DNA from: a virus | Taxonomy: Duplodnaviria; Caudoviricetes | Virus record (IMG/VR): IMGVR_UViG_3300047560_000396 | Span: 1 to 31,634 of that record | Direction: 5' to 3' (one strand) | DNA length: 31,634 nt | Shown here: positions 6,842 to 16,041 of the stretch, in pieces | Numbering within the stretch: position 1 is the first letter of the stretch | How the letters are laid out: each line of letters opens with the position of its first letter | The notes under the pieces: model-generated | Databases searched by the model: none | What the model saw: only the letters and a program-made list of their open reading frames with translations | Told to the model about the DNA's origin: nothing | Made by a program: the position numbers and the translations under genes

Positions 6842-9145
6842 TTAAATTACGCATGAGTCACAGTCAGCTTGATCATCCTCACCGGGAGCAAGTGGTGCTT
6901 CTGCTTTTGATAGTTTGTCAAGATCGATTTCGCCTTGACCGTCGTATGTGTTGAAGTAATATAGTTGTTTTGTACCATACTTGTAGCACATCAGCAAGTG
7001 CTTGAGCATCTCACTCATAGGAATCTTTTCATCATCAAAGAACTGTGGGTTATATGATGTGTTGACGCTGATACCCTGATCAATATACTTTTGCAATACT
7101 GCACATAGTTTTAGGTAACCTTCTGGTGATTGTTGATCCCATAACAATTCATATTTGTTCTTTAACTTACGGAATTCCGGTACTACTTGTTTTAATACGC
7201 CATGTTTACTTTGTTTGATACTTACGTAACTGCGTGGTGCTTCGATGCCGTTAGTGGCATTAGAAATCTGTGCAGATGTTTCTGCAGGCATTAGTGCCAT
7301 TAGTGTAGCATTGCGGATACCAAACGATAAGATTTGCTCACGCAAAGCTCTCCACGGCATACGCTCTTGGTGCTCAACTAATTCGTCAACTTCCTTCTTG
7401 CGAGTGTCAATTGGAAGAATGCCATCTGCATACTTTAGCTCTTGCCACTTCTCGCAAGGACCTTGTTCCTTAGCTAAGTCTGCACTTGCCTTAATTAGGT
7501 AATAGCTCCATGCTTCTGCGTACTCGTCAACTAGTGCCAATGCACGTGGGTCGCTGTAGCTAACGTCATGCTTGGCTAGGAAGTAAGCAAAGTTAATAAT
7601 GCCGTTGCCAATTGGGCGGAATTCTTTTGTAGCAAGTTCAGCAGCCTTAACTGGATAGTTCTGGTAGCTTAACAATGCATCTAGACCACGAACGCTTAGA
7701 GTACACATACGTTCAAAGTCTTGTGGCTTCTTAACGTTGCCCCAGTTCTGTGCAGATAAGGTACACAATGCAATACGGCCTAGTTCGTCGTTAATGTCAT
7801 TTAACGGCTTAGTAGGCAAGTCGATTTCCGTACACAAGTTGCTCATCTTAATAGGATGTAGCTTTTCCTTAAACGGACTATGGGTGTTAGCGTGGTCCAC
7901 GTTCATCAAATAAATGCGACCAGTGTCTTTACGCTCTGTCATGAACTTACTAAACAGTTCAGCAGCTTTAAATGTTTTCTTACGTAACTTGGTATTACGT
8001 TCTGCTTTTTCGTACAACTCTTTAAACTTGTCTTGGTCGTTAAAGAACGCTTCGTACATTTCAGGAACATCGTGTGGTGAGAACAAGGTAATGTCACCGC
8101 CTGTGATTAGACGTTCGTACATTAGCTTGTTAAACTGCACACCGTAATCCATTTGACGCACACGGTTGTCTTCGGTGCCCTTGTTGTTTTTAAGAACTAA
8201 AAGGTCTTCAACTTCTAAGTGCCAAATTGGATAATACAATGTTGCTGCACCATTACGTACACCACCCTGGCTGCAACTACGAACGGCAGTTTGGAAATGT
8301 TTGTAGAACGGAATTACGCCTGTATGATATGCATCACCGTTGCGAATAGGACTGCCAAGTGCTCTGATACGACCTGCACCAATTCCAATACCTGCTTTTT
8401 GTGAAACGTACTTAACAATGCTACTAGCAGTGGCATTAATACTGTCAAGGCTATCGCCTGCCTCAATGAGTACACATGACGAGAACTGTTTTTGCGGTGT
8501 GCGAACACCTGCCATAACAGGTGTAGGCAAACTAATGTCAAAATTACTGATACCATCGTAATAATCCTTAACCCACTTCATGCGTGTTTCTTTAGGGTAC
8601 GCCATGAACAGTGTAGCAGCAATCATCATGTATGCTACCTGAGGGGTTTCATAAATCTCACCGCTTACACGGTTTTGTACTAGATATTTGCCACGCCATT
8701 GCTCCATTGCAACATAGGCAAAGTTTTCATCACGCTCGTGCTTGATATAACTGTCAAGCTCGTTAATTTCGTCTTCAGAATAGTTATCAAGGAGTTCATT
8801 GGTATAGTAACCAATGTTAATGTTACGCTTTACTAGCTCTAGTAAAGGCCATGGCTTGTAACCACCATATACTTGTTTATAGATGTGATAAGTTAAAAGG
8901 CGGCCAGCGACGAATTGGTAGTTAGGGTTGTCCTCACTAATTAAGTCTGCTGCGCTTTTAATTAAAGTTTCTTGTATTGCTGCTGTTTTGATGCCATTGT
9001 AAAATTGAACATGACTGTTAATTTCTAATTCACTTGCACTAACCCCAGTAATACCATCTGTGGCCCAAAAAACAACTTTATGTAATTTTTCTAGATCTAG
9101 CGGCTCTTTATTGCCGTCTCTTTTCGTAACGAATATTTGACTCAT
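6842..9145 (-). CDS. nrdA: ribonucleotide reductase class Ia alpha subunit
   Basis: ATP cone VTKRDG, QFSSCVL, SNLCTEI, LCTL, MPAETS, LYY and C-terminal CDSC. Confidence 0.98.
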   Translation of the reverse strand: MSQIFVTKRDGNKEPLDLEKLHKVVFWATDGITGVSASELEINSHVQFYNGIKTAAIQETLIKSAADLISEDNPNYQFVAGRLLTYHIYKQVYGGYKPWPLLELVKRNINIGYYTNELLDNYSEDEINELDSYIKHERDENFAYVAMEQWRGKYLVQNRVSGEIYETPQVAYMMIAATLFMAYPKETRMKWVKDYYDGISNFDISLPTPVMAGVRTPQKQFSSCVLIEAGDSLDSINATASSIVKYVSQKAGIGIGAGRIRALGSPIRNGDAYHTGVIPFYKHFQTAVRSCSQGGVRNGAATLYYPIWHLEVEDLLVLKNNKGTEDNRVRQMDYGVQFNKLMYERLITGGDITLFSPHDVPEMYEAFFNDQDKFKELYEKAERNTKLRKKTFKAAELFSKFMTERKDTGRIYLMNVDHANTHSPFKEKLHPIKMSNLCTEIDLPTKPLNDINDELGRIALCTLSAQNWGNVKKPQDFERMCTLSVRGLDALLSYQNYPVKAAELATKEFRPIGNGIINFAYFLAKHDVSYSDPRALALVDEYAEAWSYYLIKASADLAKEQGPCEKWQELKYADGILPIDTRKKEVDELVEHQERMPWRALREQILSFGIRNATLMALMPAETSAQISNATNGIEAPRSYVSIKQSKHGVLKQVVPEFRKLKNKYELLWDQQSPEGYLKLCAVLQKYIDQGISVNTSYNPQFFDDEKIPMSEMLKHLLMCYKYGTKQLYYFNTYDGQGEIDLDKLSKAEAPLAPGEDDQADCDSCVI

Positions 9146-9154
9146 TGATTCCTC

Positions 9155-9598
9155 TTAATAACTATTCAAATTTAGTTCTGTGCCCCTGTAACAATAACGG
9201 AGCTCTAATTGTTCTGCGATTTGTGCTTTATTTACTACTTCGCCCTCGGCCATATTAAGTACATATTTTCCATCTTCGATCCAAGCTAAATTATAAAAGA
9301 CTTTCGAATCTGGATCATAGTACACACGTAGTTCTACTAGCGGGTCATGTGTAGTGAACTTGATAGTATATAACATTCCCATCGCAATAGCAATATCGCA
9401 ATAGAAATTCTCCTCAATTAATGTCCACGGATCGGGCCAGTTATTGGGGTTTTCGATATCTAGATAATAAGGCGTGAACGGACACCCAGTCCAGAAGTTC
9501 GAAACTTCTAGTACTGCTTTATCAATTGGTAGGGTGTCTAATTTTTTTCGAAATTCACGCCAACGAGCAAGACGCTCCTCGGCTTTAAGTTTCCACAT
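9155..9598 (-). CDS. hypothetical protein, weak transglutaminase-like (BTLCP) signature
   Basis: WPDPWTLIEENFYCDIAIAMGMLYTI...YVLN. Confidence 0.6.
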   Translation of the reverse strand: MWKLKAEERLARWREFRKKLDTLPIDKAVLEVSNFWTGCPFTPYYLDIENPNNWPDPWTLIEENFYCDIAIAMGMLYTIKFTTHDPLVELRVYYDPDSKVFYNLAWIEDGKYVLNMAEGEVVNKAQIAEQLELRYCYRGTELNLNSY

Positions 9599-9605
9599 GT
9601 ACTGC

Positions 9606-10187
9606 TTAGATAGTTTTTACTTGATATGAAAGTGTTGTGCTACTTGTTGTAGAGTAATTTACGTTTGCGTGTGTTACATTAGATGTAACGCTAAAAACTA
9701 GATCAGTGCTTGCTGTTTCTGTATAGTCCTCAACATAACTAGGAGTTGAGTTGTCGTGCGATAAGACTAACGTACCAGTTCGGACTTTTGTTCCTTGCTT
9801 TAATGTATAAGTCACAATTGCATTATTTGCTGCTATGGCTGTAACAGTGCCAGTGCTTGTTGACGGAAGTGTTACTGTTGTGCTTGTTGACTGAGCTGTT
9901 ATTGCAGCAACCTGGCTTGTTAAGGTAACAATGTTACCTTCTAAGACTGTAACGTTACCTTGTAACGTTGTGACGTTACCTGCAAAACTTGTTTCAAAGT
10001 CTAAAATACTATACTGAGTTAAAATCTCAGTTTTACCTAAGCTAGGTGCGCCTTCTTCAATTGTACCGTTGCCAATATAAAGCTTACGTGTATCTACGCT
10101 CCAACCAAGTTCTGCACTTGATAGGTTTGGTAAATCTGCTTCTAGGCCGCGTCTGTGTTGTATTCTTGAGATTTGGATAACTGCCAT
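9606..10187 (-). CDS. virion protein with an Mtd_N-like/tail-fibre anchor domain
   Basis: IQHRRG...LSSAELGWSVDTRKLYIGNG; heptad TLQGNVT/VLEGNIV coiled segment; beta-rich C-terminus; late promoter upstream. Confidence 0.7.
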   Translation of the reverse strand: MAVIQISRIQHRRGLEADLPNLSSAELGWSVDTRKLYIGNGTIEEGAPSLGKTEILTQYSILDFETSFAGNVTTLQGNVTVLEGNIVTLTSQVAAITAQSTSTTVTLPSTSTGTVTAIAANNAIVTYTLKQGTKVRTGTLVLSHDNSTPSYVEDYTETASTDLVFSVTSNVTHANVNYSTTSSTTLSYQVKTI

Positions 10188-10210
10188 GTCTAATCCTTAA
10201 CTAATATAGC

Positions 10211-10218
10211 TATTTAGC
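10211..10218 (-). promoter_or_regulatory. T4-type late promoter GCTAAATA
   Basis: TAAATA core 23 nt upstream of a structural gene. Confidence 0.6.
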
Positions 10219-10924
10219 TAGTTAGGTAATAGAGCTCCACCCTCTTAGTCCACTCGTCTGTCCAGTAGTCAAACTCGTCTCCAGAGACTTCAAATTCCAG
10301 GTATTCTGGCGTCGAATATGTCTGATCTTCAAGCATTTTAGGCTGTACAGCCATCAAAATTACACCGTCACGTATATTGGTACCATAGGTGTGATTATGT
10401 GCCTGTGCATAGGCTGCTAATTGCAAAAAGTAATCGCCAATGTACTCGCGCTTCTTGACTTTGTTACTTTGCTTGAAGTCAAGGATCGCAGGACGACCTT
10501 TCCACAAACCTAAACAGTCAGTGGTGCCAGCATAAAGACCACTGTAGTAAAGTGGCACTTCACAGCCCCAAAACTCGTCTACATTAACAAGTCCTTTCAT
10601 AATAACTTCTGCTGCCATAAACCAACTTGGGTGGGCATAGGGGTTCGCAGGAAGTGGCTTTAAGTCATCTTGTAGAATGTATTGTTCAAGATAGGCGTGC
10701 ATACGTGTTCCACGATTTGCAGCTTCGGTGACAATCTGTTGGGCTTTTGCTTCGCCAACATTCTTTTTCCAATTTGCTAAGGCTTGCTTAGACTCTTCGC
10801 TTTTTGTTTTATCAAGAATGGTAGTAACGCTAGGAACTTTAGAACCGTCGGGCAAACTATAATGTCGTTTTCCTTCGATTGTTGTTCTGCTAAGGGGTGC
10901 ATAATCAAATTTGTTTACAATCAT
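10214..10924 (-). CDS. PD-(D/E)XK exonuclease
   Basis: PSVTTIL, RGTRMH, E..L, YAGTTD, ILDFKQS and QLAAYA motifs. Confidence 0.88.
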   Translation of the reverse strand: MIVNKFDYAPLSRTTIEGKRHYSLPDGSKVPSVTTILDKTKSEESKQALANWKKNVGEAKAQQIVTEAANRGTRMHAYLEQYILQDDLKPLPANPYAHPSWFMAAEVIMKGLVNVDEFWGCEVPLYYSGLYAGTTDCLGLWKGRPAILDFKQSNKVKKREYIGDYFLQLAAYAQAHNHTYGTNIRDGVILMAVQPKMLEDQTYSTPEYLEFEVSGDEFDYWTDEWTKRVELYYLTS

Positions 10925-10930
10925 GTTAAC

Positions 10931-10936
10931 ATTATA
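10931..10936 (-). promoter_or_regulatory. -10 box TATAAT, predicted leaderless
   Basis: TATAAT-GTTAAC-ATG; no SD; weak -35. Confidence 0.55.
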
Positions 10937-10937
10937 C

Positions 10938-11762
10938 TTAGATTGTCCACGTATTACTAGCCTTGCCTACTTCAGATGATAAAATAATATCCGAGTCGCT
11001 GGCTTCAAAAAGCTCAAAAATTGTGTTGTAATAACCTTGGTTACGAGTTATGAAACTTTGTTTAGTTTCGCAGCCAGACAATAACTTTGCTTTACTAACA
11101 GGACTACTACCGTTAACAGCACGTACAGAAATTGCAACCCTTTGTGTGCTATTATCTTGCGTTTTGTGTATCACATCGCCTCGAAGTAGCAGTAAATCGC
11201 CTTCATTTAACGTCGGAGTTACCGCAAGCTCGTTAATGTTAACTGGGATCGTAAATCCTTTACCAGTTTCCTCGTCTATTACGGTGGTGTAAGTAGAGTG
11301 AGGTTCAAACCTAGTTGCACCAGAGTTAACTATGCGTTCAACTTGCGGACCTACTAGGTAGTCGATTATTTTATCCATTGGAATTAAACTCATGCCAGAC
11401 AATTGCGGATCTGGTTTAGTAATTGGGATATAAAAGTTTAAGTGTTCTTTACTTTGCTGATACACATAGTAGCTTTCATGATCTTGGTGCCAATTAAAGT
11501 ATACGTGTTTAGTATCAGTGTAGTTTACTGTCGGAGTTAAATGATCAATAGTTAAGCTTGTTTGTTCAGTAACTGCATCCATTACTTCTTTTAACTTCTT
11601 GCCTAATATCTTTTTAGATATCTCAGATTGTACTAACGAATAGTTTTTATTGTTAGCGACTTTGCTGTGTTTGTACTCGCTCTTTAAGAGCTTAAGTTCG
11701 CTTGCTGAAAGAAAATTGGGTATGTAAACATACCCAATTGTTTCTAAATCTTTAAAGATCAT
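10938..11762 (-). CDS. 2OG-Fe(II) dioxygenase, PhyH-like
   Basis: GYVYIPNFLS, WHQD (HxD), GDLLLL...IH, RVAISVR. Confidence 0.8.
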   Translation of the reverse strand: MIFKDLETIGYVYIPNFLSASELKLLKSEYKHSKVANNKNYSLVQSEISKKILGKKLKEVMDAVTEQTSLTIDHLTPTVNYTDTKHVYFNWHQDHESYYVYQQSKEHLNFYIPITKPDPQLSGMSLIPMDKIIDYLVGPQVERIVNSGATRFEPHSTYTTVIDEETGKGFTIPVNINELAVTPTLNEGDLLLLRGDVIHKTQDNSTQRVAISVRAVNGSSPVSKAKLLSGCETKQSFITRNQGYYNTIFELFEASDSDIILSSEVGKASNTWTI

Positions 11763-11763
11763 T

Positions 11764-12192
11764 TTAACTTCTGTTTGCTATGGCTTTGTCGGCCATCTTA
11801 GAAACTATTGCTTCTGGTTCTCCGGTGCCAGGGGCTGTGCCGCCCATGCCATCGTCACCACCGCCTTCGGGGCCGTCATCTAAACGTTTTAAGTAAACAT
11901 ATTTAGTGCCGGTTTTTTCGTCTTCTTTAATATCAGCAATGAAGTTTTCTAATTCGCTGTTAGACTTATATGCGTCTTCGATACTCTTAGACGTAAATGG
12001 AACTGCACCATCAGCTTGGTGCATGTTTAACATTTGTGCCAACGCATTGATTTGAATACGTGGTACTAAATGCTTACCTGCACTCTGAGCTTGTAAATAT
12101 GATAGTGTTGTTAGCAGATCTGCGTCGCCGCGAGCATCTGCTTCATCTTCAATGATCTCATCGTAGTCAATTGAGAATTCGAATAAACGCAT
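11764..12192 (-). CDS. hypothetical protein, putative head-associated
   Basis: MRLFEF N-terminus; acidic; TAATG overlap with the upstream gene. Confidence 0.6.
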   Translation of the reverse strand: MRLFEFSIDYDEIIEDEADARGDADLLTTLSYLQAQSAGKHLVPRIQINALAQMLNMHQADGAVPFTSKSIEDAYKSNSELENFIADIKEDEKTGTKYVYLKRLDDGPEGGGDDGMGGTAPGTGEPEAIVSKMADKAIANRS

Positions 12193-12902
12193 TATCTACG
12201 CTCTCTACCTAATTCTTCTGCGCCGCCGGCAGCAGCATCAGTAGCGCCAAATTCGTCGCCACCCATATCAGGTGCGCCCATGCCGCCTAAGTCGGCGCCT
12301 GCACCTAAGTCAGCACCCATGTCGCCACCCATATCAGGTGCGCCCATGCCCATACCCATGCCCATATCGTCGCCGCCTTCGCCAGCAAGTACACGAGCTG
12401 CGCTGTCGGCTTCTTCACGACCTTGTTGTAGAGTTTGTGCTAATTGTTGTAGGATTGGAGAAACAGTGCCTTTAAATGCTTCTGCTTTTTCCATTGAGAT
12501 TTGATCTCGGATAGTGTCTAGTAGAGCTGGCATTTGTTCGTTCTGCATCTTGCTGATCTTTTCCAACATACCTTGGATTTCATCAACCATGCTCTTAGCG
12601 GCTAGAATAGCTTCGCTCTTGGCCATTTCGCTTTCTTGTACTAGAACGTGTTTGTTTTCTAGCATCCAGCGATCTAGGCTTTCGCGCACAAACATTAGTT
12701 CCATGTACTGAGGATTCTTCTCAGCAACATGAATGCCATGTGTACGCTTAATTTTGTTTAGGCTTTCGTTTAGCCCTGTAGCTAACGTAAATGCCTTACG
12801 GAATGTTAAATTGTCAAAATCAATTTTGAAGCCGAAACGACTTTCAACGACTTTGTTCATTTGCTTTGCAGTTGGCTTAGAGCCGAATTCTTGTAGTTTC
12901 AT
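12192..12902 (-). CDS. putative prohead core/scaffold-like protein
   Basis: Start MKLQEF (ATGA overlap); helical core; acidic Gly/Met/Asp tail; AATAAATA at 12933-12940. Confidence 0.55.
   Translation of the reverse strand: MKLQEFGSKPTAKQMNKVVESRFGFKIDFDNLTFRKAFTLATGLNESLNKIKRTHGIHVAEKNPQYMELMFVRESLDRWMLENKHVLVQESEMAKSEAILAAKSMVDEIQGMLEKISKMQNEQMPALLDTIRDQISMEKAEAFKGTVSPILQQLAQTLQQGREEADSAARVLAGEGGDDMGMGMGMGAPDMGGDMGADLGAGADLGGMGAPDMGGDEFGATDAAAGGAEELGRERR
12255..12350. repeat. perfect 30-bp direct repeat encoding GMGAPDMGGD twice
   Basis: GTCGCCACCCATATCAGGTGCGCCCATGCC at 12255-12284 and 12321-12350. Confidence 0.9.
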
Positions 12903-13453
12903 AATGGTTTTCCAGTTTCCCAAACTTTCAAGTATTTATTCATTCTTAAAGTTTTTTCTAAATCATTTCGTGCTAATTCAAGCACTATTTTGGTGTCGTA
13001 ATAGCGACTAGCAACAATATCAAGGGTTGTATAGTCCTTGCGCTTTGCAGCGTTACGCATAGACGCTTCGTAATGTCGAAAGTTGCTTTCAAGTTTACTT
13101 ACCTTTTGATCTTTGCCCAGGATTTCATCAGCTGACTTATACCTACGACTTTGATACAACAGGCTGTACAGTGTAGCACTTTTCTTGTTAACAAACGAGC
13201 AAACAGTCTCGTTATATTGGTTCACTAATGCCCAATGACTGTTTTGCTGTTTAACTCTCTGACGGCCAACTTGTAAGCCATCTTTAATCGGGACTATAGG
13301 CAGCTCGTTGTTGTCAATTAACCGCTGGATTTCTTCTCGTGTCCAGCGTTTAACGTATGCTGCAAAAATATCAGAAACTGTTTCAACAGTTGCTATTTGT
13401 ACCTGACGTTTAGCCTTGCTCAGGTTTCGCTTTGTAGTATGTTGTTGTGCCAT
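12899..13453 (-). CDS. hypothetical basic protein
   Basis: 184-aa ORF coupled to both neighbours. Confidence 0.75.
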   Translation of the reverse strand: MAQQHTTKRNLSKAKRQVQIATVETVSDIFAAYVKRWTREEIQRLIDNNELPIVPIKDGLQVGRQRVKQQNSHWALVNQYNETVCSFVNKKSATLYSLLYQSRRYKSADEILGKDQKVSKLESNFRHYEASMRNAAKRKDYTTLDIVASRYYDTKIVLELARNDLEKTLRMNKYLKVWETGKPL

Positions 13454-13631
13454 TATTATTTTTTCGAATTAACAAGTCTTTATTGACTAATTGATTGGCT
13501 ATAATTATTTCGCGCTCATCAAGAGCTCGACGTGGAATAGATGTTTGTTCACCGAATTTAGCCAATATATCAGCTTCTTCGTTTGTAATTGCAACGGTCA
13601 AGTTGCTGTTGATTAGTTCTACAATTTTCAT
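13410..13631 (-). CDS. hypothetical protein, possible winged helix
   Basis: MKIVEL start; ANQLVNKDLLIRK...YY helix plus wing pattern. Confidence 0.65.
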   Translation of the reverse strand: MKIVELINSNLTVAITNEEADILAKFGEQTSIPRRALDEREIIIANQLVNKDLLIRKNNNGTTTYYKAKPEQG

Positions 13632-13915
13632 TTAATGTGAATGATAAGTGTAATGATTGCACCCACTAATGCCCCACCGATTGTAGTTCCGATAGTTAGC
13701 ATCATTTTATAAGGGCCAGTTACTTCCTCATTGCTTTTAGTTTCTGCAGGTTTGGATGCCTTGGCAATGGCCTCTTTAATTTCTATTAGATAACCTTCGA
13801 CTTTGTCCATGCGGTTTTCTAAGTTTTGTAGTTGTGTTTCCAAGCTAGAGTACCTTACTGCACAGATCTCTACGTGCGCCTCTAGACTCTTCTTTTCAAT
13901 ATCTAATGAAGCCAT
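13628..13915 (-). CDS. coiled-coil protein with C-terminal TM segment (holin/XhlA-like topology)
   Basis: Start MASLDIEK; LETQLQNLENRMDKVE heptads; IGTTIGGALVGAIITLII. Confidence 0.6.
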   Translation of the reverse strand: MASLDIEKKSLEAHVEICAVRYSSLETQLQNLENRMDKVEGYLIEIKEAIAKASKPAETKSNEEVTGPYKMMLTIGTTIGGALVGAIITLIIHIK

Positions 13916-14014
13916 TGCTTCTCGCCCCTTATTTTTATTATAGTTGCGATGCATTGTGTATGCCTGTGTGTTGCCTTGATATGAGCCATAATGGTGCGGT
14001 GAGCATCAGTAGTG

Positions 14015-14022
14015 TATTTAGT
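14015..14022 (-). promoter_or_regulatory. T4-type late promoter ACTAAATA
   Basis: TAAATA core immediately after the upstream stop codon. Confidence 0.6.
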
Positions 14023-14469
14023 TTATCTATTAAATAGATTACCTACTCTAAAGGTAATATTCTTTAACGAACCGTGTGAATAGAATATAGGCAAAATAAA
14101 ACGTGCAGTTTCGTCTAGTCCACACACCACCGGCACTTGGTTAAAGTCATCCTTTAATAACCCTAATAGGTCATCATCTTTAAGGAATACTTCTTTGTGT
14201 TCTACAGCAAAACTTGCAACCCAAACTCGTTGGTCCTTACCGTGATGCATTTCTCCAAACAGTTCTGCTACAATATCTGCGGATACTATGTCTCCCACTG
14301 GCTCAACGACTGTCATAGGTTGTGCCCGGAGCCCAATGACTTGCAATACTGATTCCCAGTTGCGTTGTTGGTTTCGTTGAAATTCTGACTCAGGTGTATT
14401 ACGAACAACATTTGTTTTTGTAATATCCACTAACGTGCATATAGTAAAGTATTCTAAATTCTCGTTCAT
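14023..14469 (-). CDS. hypothetical protein
   Basis: Start MNENLEY; CATAAGTA lies 5 nt upstream; the longer track ORF would cross a terminator. Confidence 0.7.
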   Translation of the reverse strand: MNENLEYFTICTLVDITKTNVVRNTPESEFQRNQQRNWESVLQVIGLRAQPMTVVEPVGDIVSADIVAELFGEMHHGKDQRVWVASFAVEHKEVFLKDDDLLGLLKDDFNQVPVVCGLDETARFILPIFYSHGSLKNITFRVGNLFNR

Positions 14470-14487
14470 ACACATACTTATGGTCAT

Positions 14488-14514
14488 AAAAAAAGCACTC
14501 ATAAAGAGTGCTTT
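14488..14514 (-). terminator. intrinsic terminator (bidirectional-type)
   Basis: AAAGCACTC-N5-GAGTGCTTT with a T7 tail on the minus strand. Confidence 0.85.
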
Positions 14515-14534
14515 CTTTTTAGTTAAACAACTAA

Positions 14535-14897
14535 TTAAGCGAAAGTAGATCCGCTTAGACCGCTGTAAACTGTGAATACGCAAGAACCGCTAGTAGCAGC
14601 GTTTGCTTCAGTTTGCATTTGAGCGATAACTGTTGTAGAACCGCTTTGGTCTGCTGTGTTGTCGTTAACTGTTGTAGGTAGACCTTCAACAACGAACATT
14701 GCGTTGCCGCCCGATGGAGTACCAACGATAGTAACTGTAGAATAACGCTCTAGAACGCGAACTACTTTTTCGAAGTTGCTTTCTGGGCTTGCGTAGTTAG
14801 TTTGGATACCAGTTAACGCTACGTTAACAAACTTAAGGTCGCGACCTACAAACTCACCTGCTAGTGCGCCACCGTTTACTCGTGTAAATGTTGCCAT
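14535..14897 (-). CDS. putative abundant virion protein (capsid decoration-like)
   Basis: Own late promoter, AAGGA SD and terminator; small and rich in Thr/Gly/Val. Confidence 0.55.
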   Translation of the reverse strand: MATFTRVNGGALAGEFVGRDLKFVNVALTGIQTNYASPESNFEKVVRVLERYSTVTIVGTPSGGNAMFVVEGLPTTVNDNTADQSGSTTVIAQMQTEANAATSGSCVFTVYSGLSGSTFA

Positions 14898-14939
14898 TTT
14901 ATTTTCCTTTAAATTATATGGGCTTACGCCGCATGTAAA

Positions 14940-14947
14940 TATTTATC
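14940..14947 (-). promoter_or_regulatory. T4-type late promoter GATAAATA
   Basis: One mismatch to TATAAATA. Confidence 0.7.
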
Positions 14948-14967
14948 AAATTGGCAAAATAACTGCT

Positions 14968-16041
14968 TTATTTGTTAAAATGTGCAACACCAAACACACC
15001 ACGGTTTACAAGCTTTACTAGTCCATCGGGAGTATTAAAAACAAATCCTTCGCCAGCACGTTGGCCGCCCACAGTTTGCTCAAACCCTGTAACTTGTTGT
15101 TCTAACTGTATTGTTAAATTAACTTTAAGTTGGTATACAGCATTCCATAATGTTCTTAACGCTTCGTACCCGTTAGCATTAGTGTACAGATAACCATCTT
15201 TGTTATCACCAAGTAGTTTCCTTGCTTGTGATCCGCTAGCATTTGCTGCCATCCAGGTATACGCATCATCACGAGTTTGCTGCGTGATTTTCTTATTAAA
15301 ATAAGTGCGTAGTTTATCCCTAGCAACCCCGTCCATACCTAGTAGGAACTGCTCTGCTTCGGGAATCAAATCCTTGGCTTTTTCAGCTGATGCAACTAAC
15401 TGTGTGGGTTCGCTAAGTTTAAATTGCAGCCCAGCAGTTGGGTTAATAATAGCCACACTACCATTATTGGCTAAACCTGTTTTCCCGTCCCATGGTTCGC
15501 CGTTGCGTTGATGCACAACTAAAATAGCATTCTTGCCGGTAACTAACTTGCCCATTGCGGTGTTTGGCTGAATACGATAAGTTACTGTTGGACCTGTAAA
15601 TTGATATGCACCTTGTGTAAGTGGCAAACTACCACTTTCACTTACAGTCATTAAGTCACCTTTGTAGATGCCGGGCTCCACAACACTTGCATTTAGTCCT
15701 GCCCAGATTGCTCCTAGCTTTCCGTACAAGTCTCCACGTGTAGTTCCGGACTTCTTAATGTCAGTGTCGTAATATTGCCAATCCTTGGGACTATGTGCAT
15801 AAAATCCTGCAGGCATATACTTGTCGTTGATAAAGAACTTGCCAGTTGGATCAATCCCAAAAATTAAAGCAATGCCGCCATCCCATTTAATACTAATACC
15901 ACTAGGATCAGCAATTACGTTAACTAACGCATCAATATAACGCTTTGCTGCATCGCCGCCATCGAAGATTGCATCCTCTGGATGAGGAATACGTAACTTA
16001 GAAGTACCTTCAAATAGTGTATTAATAAATTCTAACATCAA
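14968..16041 (-). CDS. covalent nucleotidyltransferase / RNA-ligase-like protein (DUF6267-like)
   Basis: HPED, SIKWDG (motif I KxDG), YKGDLM (III), GEGFVF (IV), LVKLV (V). Confidence 0.7.
   Translation of the reverse strand: MMLEFINTLFEGTSKLRIPHPEDAIFDGGDAAKRYIDALVNVIADPSGISIKWDGGIALIFGIDPTGKFFINDKYMPAGFYAHSPKDWQYYDTDIKKSGTTRGDLYGKLGAIWAGLNASVVEPGIYKGDLMTVSESGSLPLTQGAYQFTGPTVTYRIQPNTAMGKLVTGKNAILVVHQRNGEPWDGKTGLANNGSVAIINPTAGLQFKLSEPTQLVASAEKAKDLIPEAEQFLLGMDGVARDKLRTYFNKKITQQTRDDAYTWMAANASGSQARKLLGDNKDGYLYTNANGYEALRTLWNAVYQLKVNLTIQLEQQVTGFEQTVGGQRAGEGFVFNTPDGLVKLVNRGVFGVAHFNK

Noticed and set aside
5704-9145. Intron or intein in nrdA/nrdB, also checked in gp41 and UvsW
   Set aside because: ORFs are continuous, of normal length, and have no splicing motifs; the short UvsW insertion before DEVH looks like a loop
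14470-14583. N-terminal extensions in the ORF track (also starts at 1202, 2379, 4858, 5738, 24547)
   Set aside because: They cross terminators or overlap upstream genes; downstream ATGs have an SD, a promoter or stop-start coupling
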